Assembly: GCA_050273025.1 (NCBI GenBank)
Contig: CP158635.1
Location: 682,001 to 746,000 of the forward strand
Length of the DNA stretch: 64,000 nt
DNA from: Cenococcum geophilum
Lineage: Eukaryota
Direction: 5' to 3'
In this document: positions 14,201 to 25,100 of the stretch, piece after piece
Position numbering within the stretch: the first letter of the stretch is position 1
How the letters are laid out: each line of letters begins with the position of its first letter
Made by a program: the position numbers and the translations under genes
Notes under the pieces: generated by a model
The model's input: only the letters and a program-made list of their open reading frames with translations
Told to the model about the DNA's origin: nothing
Databases searched by the model: none

Positions 14201-14519
14201 GTACCCTACCAATGGCCTCAATGGTTAGTGGTTGACGCAATTGGCGCGTAGTTAAGGGCATTTGGTAACTTGACCGACTAGCCTATGTCGTGTTTTTTTG
14301 ATATATAGCCTGCGCGTAGTTTGCGCGCAACCTATATGCAACCTGCGCGAAACCTGCCAGTAATCTACGCATTTGGCAACTATAATTATATTTACCTCTT
14401 TTATACTAATAGCATATTTTAAATAAATAAAAGCTACTTTAAGGCTATTTATAAGGCTAGCAAAATAAATATTATTTTAGATAATTTAATATAATATAGT
14501 AATGGTTCTCTTCTACTTA

Positions 14520-14925
14520 TCTACCTATTAACTTACCTACCTACCTATTTACCTACCTACCTACATCGCCTACCTGTTTATATTGCCTACTTGTTTATAT
14601 CACCTACCTATCTACATTGCCTACCTATCTATATCGCCTACCTGTCTGCATCGCCTACCTATTTATATCGCCTATTTGTTTACATTGCCTACCTATCTAC
14701 ATCGCCTACCTATCTGCATTGCCTACCTGTCTGCATCGCCTACTTGTCTGCATTGCCTACCTATTTATATCTACCTACCTATCTATATCTGCCTACCTGT
14801 TAGCATTTACTTACCTGTCTACATCTGCTTGCCTATTTGTATCTAATTACTAGTCTATATCTACCTACCTATCAGCATCTGCCTACCCGTTAGTATCTCC
14901 CTGTTTGTGCCTACCTGTCTATGCT
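14520..14925. repeat. Tandem array, 17-bp unit TCGCCTACCTGTCTGCA with CTAC tetramer runs
   Basis: Unit read directly; the overlapping ORFs cycle through frames as expected for a 17-nt period. Confidence 0.85.
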
Positions 14926-14974
14926 GCCTTGATTTAATCGATCGATTGAATCGTTTATAGTGTTCGCTGGCTAG

Positions 14975-15325
14975 TCGTTGTCGTCTAGCTCTGGCGACGG
15001 TCGTCTGGTTCTAGCAACGGTCGTCTAGTTCTAGTAATGGTTGTCTGGTTTTAGCGACGATCGTCTAGTTCTGGCGACGGTCGTCTAGCTCTGGCGACGG
15101 TCGTCTGGCGACGGTCGTGTGGTTCTAGTAACGATCGTCTGGCGACGGCGACGGTTGTCTGGTTCTGGTAACGGTTGTCTAGTTCTAGCGATAGTTATCT
15201 GGTTCTGGCGACGGTCGTCTTATTCTGGCGACGGTCGTCTGGTTCTAGTAACGGTGTTCTAGTTCTAGCGACGGCGACGGTCGTCTGGTTCTAGTAACGG
15301 TTGTCTAGTTCTGGCGACGGTCCTC
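14975..15325. repeat. Tandem array, 20-bp unit TGGCGACGGTCGTCTGGTTC
   Basis: Read directly, with RIP variants and partial units. Confidence 0.9.
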
Positions 15326-15440
15326 TACTAGCTACCATTTTAGTGCCTCCCTAGGTAGGGAGGATATAAGGAAGGATAGATGGATAAAAAAAATAAGGTA
15401 GCTATATAGGAGAGGCTATTAGGAATATAGCGGGGACCCG

Positions 15441-15890
15441 ATGTAGAGCTTTGTGTAGAGCCTCTGTACGCAGAGCTTCGCGTAGAGCCTTGTGTAGAGC
15501 TTCGTGCAGAGCCTCGTGCAGAGCCTCCGTACGCAGAGCTTCGCGCAGAGCCTCTGTACGTAGAGCTTCGGGCAGAGCCTCTGTACGCAGAGCTTCGTGT
15601 AGAGCCTCTGTACATAGAGCTTCGTGTAGAGCCTCGTGTAGAGCCTTATGCAAAGCTTTGTGTAGAGCTTCGTGCAGAACTTCGTGCAGAGCTTTGTGTA
15701 GAGCTTCGTGTAGAGCTTTGTGTAGAGCTTTGTGCAGAGCTTCGTGCAGAGCTTTATGCAGAGCTTCGTGCAGAGCTTTGTGCAGAGCTTCGTGTAGAGC
15801 TTTGTGCAGAGCTTTGTGCAGAGCTTCGTGCAGAGCCTCTATACGCAGAGCTTCGTGTAGAGCTTTGTGTAAAGCCTTGTGCAGAGCCTT
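15441..15890. repeat. Tandem array of 12-bp (GCAGAGCTTCGT) and 15-bp (GCAGAGCCTCTGTAC-like) units
   Basis: Read directly; source of the repetitive ORFs (CRAS / HEAL / RSSA). Confidence 0.9.
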
Positions 15891-15984
15891 TAAGTAATAA
15901 AACTGTATAAAAATTCATTTGCGTAATTAGCATATAACTTTACCTTAATTGCATATTAAGGAATATATAGTTAGCTTTTAAAGT

Positions 15985-16375
15985 TATTAAGTAGGTTAAC
16001 TGCGTATTATTTAACTTTTAAATATGTTAAGTAGGTTAACTGCGTATTAAGTTAATTAAATTATATATTAAGTAGGTTAACTGCGTATTAAGTTAGTTAA
16101 ATTGCATATTAAGTAGGTCAACTACGTATTAAGTTAGTTAAATTACATATTAAGTAGATCAACTGCGTATTAAGTTAGTTAAATTATATATTAAGTAGGT
16201 TAACTATATATTAAGTTAGTTAAATTGCATGTTAAGTAGGTTAACTGCGTATTAAGTTAGTTAAATTGTATATTAAGTAGGTTAACTACGTGTTAAGTTG
16301 GTTAAATTATATATTAAGTTGGTCAATTGCGTATTAAGTTGGTTAATTGCGTGTTGAGTTGGTTAAATTGCATGT
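15985..16375. repeat. Tandem array, 41-bp unit TAAGTAGGTTAACTGCGTATTAAGTTAGTTAAATTGCATAT (a 20+21 dimer)
   Basis: Read directly. Confidence 0.88.
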
Positions 16376-17700
16376 CAATTACGCGAAACGCGAATACTAA
16401 AGTCAACTTGAATCTCATCCTGCGAATATTTTCCCGATGTAGTTCTCTACCTACTAACTATACTCTAATTTTATCTAAAATAGCTTAACGGAGAGCAGTA
16501 ACTCTAGCGGCTTTATTTTAATCTAGTTTACTAATAAGGCCTAAAAATTCTGAAAAAAAGCTAGTAAAGTATCGGTTCCGTTATTATAGGTTTTTAAGTT
16601 TAATAATAGCTATATATTCGCGGCTGGCGTTATTATATATTTGTTCTAATAGAGAGATAAAGATTTTAAAATTAATAAAGGTGCTGTTATAAAAGAATAG
16701 GTCTATAGTTCGTATAGCGTTTTTGCTTAAATAAGATATTCTATAGCTAATCTTGCTAGCTTTAGTAGGGTATTAGTTATAGTTTATTAAAAGTTTAAAA
16801 TAGAGCTTAGTTATAAAGGGATATAGGTTATTTTAATATCTATTAAACATTAGAGGGTTAGGGAGCTTTTTAAATTTTATAGTAGGTACTAGGTTTATTA
16901 TAGGTATGGGTTAAGCTACTATTACTAGTTTAGGGTTTGTATTTAATAGGTTGGGTTCGCATATAGTTATTTTAATTTTATTTATAGGTATTATTATTAG
17001 GGTTTCTAACGCAAATACTTTAGCGTCGTGAAGTTCTTTATATATTGCTTTAATTAATTACTAATACTAAGCTTTTAGTATAGTTTGTTACTAGGCCAAG
17101 GCATCTATAAAGGACTGTTATATTATAGTCATTTATTCCCTAACTAGGGCCATAATAGTTAACGTGGCGGATTTAAGTTCGTTTGCTATTTTAAGGGTAT
17201 TAGTATTAACGCAACGTAATATAAAGGCGCGAAGAGACTTTAGGGAAGATTTAAAGGAATGATATAAATTCTATCTAAATTTAAGGGTATATAGCTCTCG
17301 CTAAGAATAAGACGTTGCGTAAAGAAGAGAAAGGAATAACAAGAGAATTATATAATTAAATAGTTAGGGGCTTAGTGGTCGATGCGTGCGCATATATACA
17401 CGCGGTCTTTAACGGACTTCGGTAATTCGATTAATCTAGTAGATTTTGGTTAAAGCGTTAGAATTTATCTGTCGAGTGTTTTACCGAGACATTCCTACTA
17501 TAACTGGGCTAGTCCCGTTACACTTATAATAGGGAATTAAAAAAGGGCGTTTGCTAAAACGGTTAACTAAGATTATAACTAAGATTATAACCGTTACGGT
17601 TTACTAGTAGTTTATAAAAGTCTATAGAGATATACTATTAGGGGCGCTCTAATATCGGGAGTGGCTTTAATAGTCCTAGGGTTTTATCTTGTAGGATTAT

Positions 17701-18019
17701 CCCTTATAACGCTGCTTCGCGTCTAACGGTTATTGATAAGGATTAGCTAATTAAATCGTTAGGATAAATAAGTCGTGATAAGATATTTAAAGCTTTTAAT
17801 ATGTATATAAAATGCTATATAAGCTTGATTTTTGGTAGAGAGTTATGTAATATATAAGCCCTAGCACTCGTCCTTTCTGCAGAATGGAATTCTACAGGCG
17901 CGATTAGAAGGCATAGTGGTTAATTATATTTCTATATAATTGTATAGACGCGTTTACAGACATTTGAAAATGGTGTTTACGCATAGACTAACTCTTATTA
18001 GACGCTAGCGTTGCAAGGG
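17701..18019. mobile_element. MITE (319 bp) with CCC...GGG ends, inserted in the integrase of A
   Basis: TIRs CCCTTATAACGCT / AGCGTTGCAAGGG (identical after de-RIP) plus subterminal GCGTCTAA / TTAGACGC. Flanks TTAT and ATAA. The homologous position in G (~48946) is uninterrupted. Confidence 0.87.
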
Positions 18020-21000
18020 ATAAACCTACGGTAGTTATTATAGTTCTATATATAACGGTTAATATCTATAACTATTCCGGGCTAGTAGTAACGGTTACTA
18101 ATAATTTTATAGGTCTTATTTTTTTTAGGGTAAGCCGTAGAGACCTAGGTATATGCTTTAGTAATAAGCCAGGTTTATAAGTTCTATTCTTTTACTACTA
18201 CTAGCCGTTTCTAGTACTTAAGCAGTCTATTTTTAAGGGACTATAGGCTAGTAATATCCTTTACCTTTTTACAGTACTCCTATAGAGAAGGGTCCGTATA
18301 GTTTGCTTATAGTAGTTTATTAATAAGGTTAAAATTTATAGGGTTAATAGGATATATCTCGGCGCTTAAAGATTTAGTACTTAGTTCTTCCCGTATTTAA
18401 GGGTTAAGATACTCTAGTTATAGTAGCGTTTAAATCCGTAATAAGATCTTTACAGCTATCTAGTTATTTAAGTCCTATTTACGCCTTATAAAAGCGTCCG
18501 CATAGTTAATAGCGCCGGGCCTATATATAATTAGGAAGTTAAACTAAGATAGAATATCTGCCTAGCGCGCCTACCAGGCCGTAAGGGCTTTTATTATTAT
18601 AAAATATTCTAAGGCCTTATAATCTAAAACCACTTAAATAGGTTTAGGGGTCCCTTTTAGCTATACTCGCTAGTTCTAAAAGCTATAAATAATAGCCAAT
18701 ATTTCTTTATTATAAATTGGGTAGTTTAGCTTAGTATCTATTATAGTCTTTAAGTAGTAAGTAATAGGGTGCTATTCCCCATCTATCTGCTTTTGGGAAT
18801 AAATACTAGCAATAATACTATCTAAGGCATCCGTTTTTAGTATTAAGGGCTATTTTAGGTTAAAGTAGGCGAGTAAAGGAGCGAAGACTAGCTATTTCTT
18901 AAGTTTATTAAAAGCCTGCCTATATACAGTATTAAAGTAAAAGGGCCGGTCCTTTATTATAAGGCGGCTAAGGGGCTAAGTAATTCTACTGTAGTTCTTA
19001 ATAAAGCATTAGTAAAAGTTATAGAAGCCTAGGAATAACTATATCCCTTTTACGGTCTATAGTAGTTCCTATTAATTAATTACGGCTGTCTTTTCTAGGT
19101 TTACCTTAATTCTATTTATACTAATAATAAACCCTAGGTACTTTATTTACTTTATATTAAACTTTAACTTTTTAATATTAGCCTAGAGGCTAGCCTTATA
19201 GAGCCGTTATAGAACTTTATAGACGTGCTCCTTATATTCTAACTTATTTTTAGAGTAAATTATAATATTATCTAGGTAGGCTGTATAGAAGTTATTAAGG
19301 TAGTTAAAGAGTATATTATTTATATATTGTTAGTATATAATAGGTTCGTTAGTTAGTCTAAAGGGGAGTACTTTATATTTATATAATCCGTATTAAGTCC
19401 GAAATATAATAAGGTCTATAAATTTAGGGTTTATTTTAATTTGGTAAAAGGCCTAGCGGATATTAAGCTTTATAAATACCTTAGCTCTATTTATTTAGGC
19501 CAACGTCTTATCTAGTAAAGGTAGTAGATAACGGTCTTTACGGGTTATATTGTTAAGCTTATAGTAGTTAATATAGAAATAAAGTCCTCTATTTAGCTTT
19601 TTTATAAAGAAAATAGGGAAGGTAAATAGGGCCTAACTAGGCTTAATAAACCCCTTTACTAGGTTATCTATAATATACTACTTAGTAGCCTATAATTCGG
19701 CAATAGATTATTTATAAAGGGGGGTATAGCTAAAGACGTTTTCCTTATCTAGTTTAATCTCGATCTTATAGTCATATAGTTAGTAGGGTAGGAGTATATT
19801 AGATACTACCTTAGAGAATATATTTTTAAACTCTTAGTACTAATAGGGTAGTTTCCGTTCTACTAGCTCCTTATTTATAAGCTTATCCTCCTCTTAGACT
19901 AGGGTCTCTTTTTCTTTAATTATTTAATTAATTTTATATAAGCTAGTTATAAAGGTAATGGTATTTAGCTAAACTAAGTTCTAGTAGAATCCTATAGCAT
20001 TAATATAGCAGATATTAACTGGTAGGAGGTCCGTAGGTTTCTTTACGGATATTTATTAGGCCGTATTTTGCGGTATAAGGTTTATAGTCTTTCTTAGCTC
20101 GCATTCTATTTTCTATAAGTTATCCTTTTAATTTATTAGTTTAGTATACCGTCTAATATTCCTAGCCTTCTATTATAGCTATATAGGGCTTAGGTTCTCT
20201 ACTAGGGACTTAGGTAAGTCACTATTAACTTCCTAAGTCTATAGTGCGGGTAGCGTAATATAGGTAGTCTAGGGGCGGCGTAGTATATAGATCCGTTGCA
20301 GGTTAAGCTATATATCCTTCTTAAAGGCCTAGTCTTTACATATAGCATCGGCTTAGTAAATAGTATTAATCTAGGGTTATACTAGGTTTTCTATTATAAT
20401 GCTAATTTTTTTTTATAAAAGAAGGGGTTAGGGGTAAGGTTTTAGGCTAGATAAGCCGTCTACTTTATATATTAAGCTATAAGCCTAAATAGGCTAGCTA
20501 TTTCCTTCCTAAGATTATATTATAGCTTCTAAGGTCCGTAATTAAGAAGGGGATATTATACTACCTTCGCCTATTAACGCGGAGGTATATTCGCAAAATA
20601 CTTATAATAGGTTGCCTTACCCGTCCATTATACCCGCAAATAAGAATTAGTTTAGGTAGGTCTTCTATAGGTATATTAAGAAAGTTAGCTAGCTTTATAG
20701 CATACTAGGTATTAATTAGGGTAAAGGTATTTACTTTAGAGTTAGCTAAGGTAAAAGTTAAAACTTAATATCTATTACGGAATAAAGTATAAGGGATAGT
20801 GCAGCTTCTTCTACTAACTAGCCAACCTAGATTAATATATAATATATTAATCCCTTTTAACCCTAAAGAAGAGTCTTTCTCTAGGGTTCCTCTTTTTTTA
20901 ACTCTATACTATCCTCCTAGATTAATAAAACCTTATCCGCTTTTACCTTTATTAGGCAGTTCCTTATAGGGTGGCCTTTTTAACTATATAAAAAGTAAGC

Positions 21001-22156
21001 CCCTTAATCGCTAAGGGCCTATATATAGGGGTTGCTATAGGTAGGCTAAGTAAGTACTTAGCCAGCGGTAGGGCTAGCTATATGGCTAGTTACTAGGTTA
21101 GTAGCTAGTATAGTAGGCATTATAGGTTAAACTAGGGTATTATAGGCCGTTCTTATATTACTTATAGCTTAATTTAGGGGATTCCTAGCCTTTATCTAAT
21201 TAGCTTATACCTTAATTTAATAAAGGCCTTAGTTAATAGCTAGGCAGTAGTCTATAAGTTCTTTTAACGTCTATATAGTAGTAAAAGCTAGTAATACGGC
21301 CCGCTATAGGTTTAGGGTAAGCTTATTAAAGAGATCTGGAAGTAGGTCTTTTTAAAAAAATCTAGGCTTATCTAGCTAGGTATAAAAAGCGGGTTTAAAA
21401 GGCCGAAAAGGTCTTCGTTATTTTTATGTTTAGACTTTTATAGCTAAGGCGGGCGTTTTATACCCTAAAAGGGTCCTTATAGATAGAAGATAGGTAGTTA
21501 ATTATTTCTTCTTTAGAGAGGAAGGGTTTTGCTAAGTCTTAGGCGTATCGCGGACGTAAATATGTCTATACGTCTTTACTAGTACGGCTAAAAACGTAGG
21601 CCATTTTAGCTTAAGTAATAGGGAAGTGGTCCGCATTAACTTTAAGCTTATCCTATAATTAAAGCTTCTAATTATTAAATATAGGGTCGGCTCCGTCTAT
21701 AAGTAATAGGGGGTTTATAACCTTTGCGGACTATAATAATTCTAATACTATATATTAGGCTAGGGCCTTAAAGACTATAGTAAGTCTATTTAATGGGTCC
21801 TTACTAGATATAGGGGTGCTTTTAGTTTTAAGCAGTTTTTATAGCCGTTTAATTTTAGTATTAGCTACTACAAGCTCCGCCTAAGGGGTTAAGATATTAA
21901 TTATTTCTTTATCTAAGGCGTTTATAGGTCCTATAGCTGCTTTACCTACTACTATGTTTTATAGCATAGTGCTAGGGTATTAGGTAATTCTAAGTAATTT
22001 CTTTAAGGGTTCTAGTCTATGCGTATCTTATAGGTCCTTTCCTTAGGGTTCTATTTTTTTTCTTTAGGTTCTGTTCTTATGGTCCTATTAATGTCCTTAA
22101 GGTCCTATAAATATATTTAAATTCCTTCTTAGGAAGAAAGGGTGGTTTAAGCTTTA

Positions 22157-25100
22157 TGTAATGAAACCTTGTAGCAAGAACTACGGTGGGTCCTATTATT
22201 AGGCTAGGTGTATAGGAAATGCAATTACAAAAGTCAATAACGTAATAATAACTAGTGGAGTGGTTGCCTAATAGATTAACTTTAATTATATTCTAAGAAT
22301 CACTACAAGGAAGGAACTATCTAGGTAGGGACTAAGGGTCCTTAAATACACAACCGTACTCTTATAAAATCCTTCTTATACGTAATATACGTCTTATATA
22401 TAAGGTATATAAGTTCCTCTCGTTCCTCTCGTTTAATATATAGTATATTATATAACCTTAGTTACCATTCCTCGTTATATAGCTTTATCGGCTTTATCTT
22501 AGACCGTACTTAAATTAACTAACTAGCTTCTTCTAACTCTTCCCTAAGTAGTTATAATATTGTACTTAAAGCGTCCATAACACTATCTCCCTCCTCTTTA
22601 TCTTTGTCCTTAAAGATTCCTAATATCTCTAAGTTATTTATTAGAGGTGTAATATCCGTCTAATTAATTTAGTTAATATTATTGCTTATTATACCTAAAG
22701 CAATTTCTTCCTTATACGCCCAATGTCGTGCTCGCACTATTACTGCAATATTATCTCTTGGTAAAATTATACTAACTCTATATTTTTGTTATTTAAAAGA
22801 GGGGCTAGTTTATATTACGTTAGCGAACCCATCTTCGTAATAACTATCCTCTTATTTAAAGTGCACTAAAGCAAATATTTATTCGTCCTATGACGTTTGC
22901 TCTACCTCTAATGCTAAATATATACAACCTATTACTCTTAATAGTCGTCTAGTTCCTTAATTAATTTGTCTTAAGGTCTTATATTTAATCTACTACTGCG
23001 CGGCTAGATAGTAAACTATCTTACGCCCTAGCTAAGCTAGAATGTTCTTATAATGCGGAATAAAAGGCCTTAGATACTTAGATCGCGGCGTTTACTCGCT
23101 TACTTTGTCTTAAGAAAGTTCGTAAAAAGGTCTATTTTAAGGAGTAGAAACTTATAGAATAAGGTTTATAGGAACTTAGTAATAAAAGAACGGATTCTCT
23201 TTTAATAGAGAAGGAAATAGATCTAAGTAATTCGGTAACTACTCTTCTTAGGTCCCCCTTAGGTAACTTATTCTTTAGTAATCCTTCTTTATTAATGCTA
23301 CCTAACCTAATTTCTTCTAATACTCCTGTACCTTTCTTATAGCATTCTTTAAATTTTCTAGTAGTTTTTAGGTAGTCTTATTATAGCCTGTCTACTTAAC
23401 CTCGTACTATATTTTGTCGTTAATATCCTTATAGTTAACGATCTTTAAAACTTGCTATTTGTCTTCTTCCTATCCTCTATATATATCTGCCTTATAAACT
23501 AATGGCTTAATATTCCCGTGTGCTGGTTCTAGCATTATAATATACTATATAGGGTAGATCTTTATTTTAGCTAGTAGGTTTAATTTAAACGTAACCAGTG
23601 AAATCCTTTATGTAATTTTAAAAGATTTTAGTCTAACATAGTCCAACTTCTTACTTAGTTATCAACTCTTAAAAATTTTGTATAGTAGCCATACTTTATC
23701 TCCCTCCTTAAGATCTAGTCCCTTAGATCTCTTAGCATCATAGTACCTTTTTATTCTCTCTTATACTCTTTTTACTAATTCTATAAGGTCTGCATAAAGA
23801 TTTATTAATGTCTTTATTCTTTCTTTAGCTGTACTACTTATTTTCTTTACTTACTGTAGTAATAACGATGTTCTTAGCTTATACCCGTAATTTGCCTTAA
23901 ATAGTAATATACCTATTCCTTTTTAAGGTGCTGTATTATATGCAAACTATATAACTAGTAATAGCGATACCTAATTATTTTATGTATAATTAATATAATG
24001 TTTTAGATACTACTCTAGTATCTAATTTAGTCTTTTTATTTAACCGTCTATCTGCGGATAATATGCGGTAGAAGTTACTGCTTAAACTCCTTACTCTACT
24101 AAGAACACTTCCCAGAATACTGCTATAAATCTTAGATCTTTATCTAATATAATCTTACTTAGTACTCTATATCTTATAAGCACTTCTTTAATATAGATTC
24201 TAGCGACATCTTCTACTAAGATTTCTTCTATACATGCTATAAAGTATCCCTACTTTGTAAGCTTATCTACTATTACTAAAATCGTATTATAATCTTATCC
24301 GGTAATAGGATCTCTTAACTTTAGTAACTTAATAATAAAGTCCTATAATATAACCTCCTATGGTCTCTTTAGTATTTTAATAGGTTATAGCCCTCTATAT
24401 GGCTTATACCTCGTTAGTTTATTCCTTTAGCAATTTAGATACTCCTTTATTACTTTTCTTATAATATTCTAGATTCTATTAATAATATACTCTTCCTAGA
24501 GTCTTGACACTAAGCTTATAACTCTATTATATCCTTAAGTTAATCCCTTATAGAACTCTTCCATAAATTACTCTACTATGCTTCTTAGGATATACCTTAC
24601 TTCTTAGTTTTTATATATATCCGTTTATAGATCTTCTAGTTATACTTTTAGAATTCTTTATACCTAAAAGCTTTCTAGTATCTTATAGACTTTCTCTAGT
24701 TCGTTACTCTCTTAAGTTGCTATAATTTTTAGATAATTAAATCTAATTAATCCGTCTGTATCTTTTCGCAGTAAAGCCCTTAATGGCTTTTTATCATTTT
24801 GTAGTTTAGCTTTATAGCTCAGAGCGTCTGCCCGCATATTATCTATACCCTTAGTATACTAAATCTCAAAATAGTATTCTATAAGTATCTCTGCCTATCT
24901 AACCTGTCTTTAGTTAAGCTCCTTTATTATTAGGAATTCCGTTAGGTTTTTATAATCCGTTTTAACTATAAATGGTTTCTTTATACCTTATAAGAATGCT
25001 CTCTATTTCTTTAGTGCTGTAACTATACCTAGCAACTCCTTATTATAGATATTATAGTTTAACTCTAGTAGTGTTATCTTTTAACTATAATATGCCACTA

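Larger units (their letters stand above)
14186..16439. mobile_element. Unclassified non-autonomous TIR element (2254 bp) made mostly of tandem repeats, inserted in gag of C
   Basis: 14-bp imperfect TIR: TATTGGTAAAATAT versus the reverse complement of the right end, CATCGGGAAAATAT (two C>T, one mismatch). TA on both sides (14184-85, 16440-41). Removal restores gag ...VGREL-PKNLPKF... Confidence 0.8.
9309..17522 (-). mobile_element. Ty3/Gypsy chromovirus C (~6.0 kb native), inserted in the integrase of A; LTRs 9309-9611 and 17220-17522
   Basis: 303-bp LTR pair, TSD CTTAT (9304-9308 / 17523-17527), PPT adjacent to 9611. Minus-strand gag, CCHC knuckle (~13900), RT AYIDDIL (~12450), RNase H, integrase and chromodomain FIKWEGY (~10120). 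Confidence 0.92.

Noticed and set aside
14500..16380. CRISPR-like or telomeric interpretation of the repeat arrays
   Set aside because: Units are head-to-tail with no unique spacers and no cas genes, the context is eukaryotic, and there are no TTAGGG tracts.
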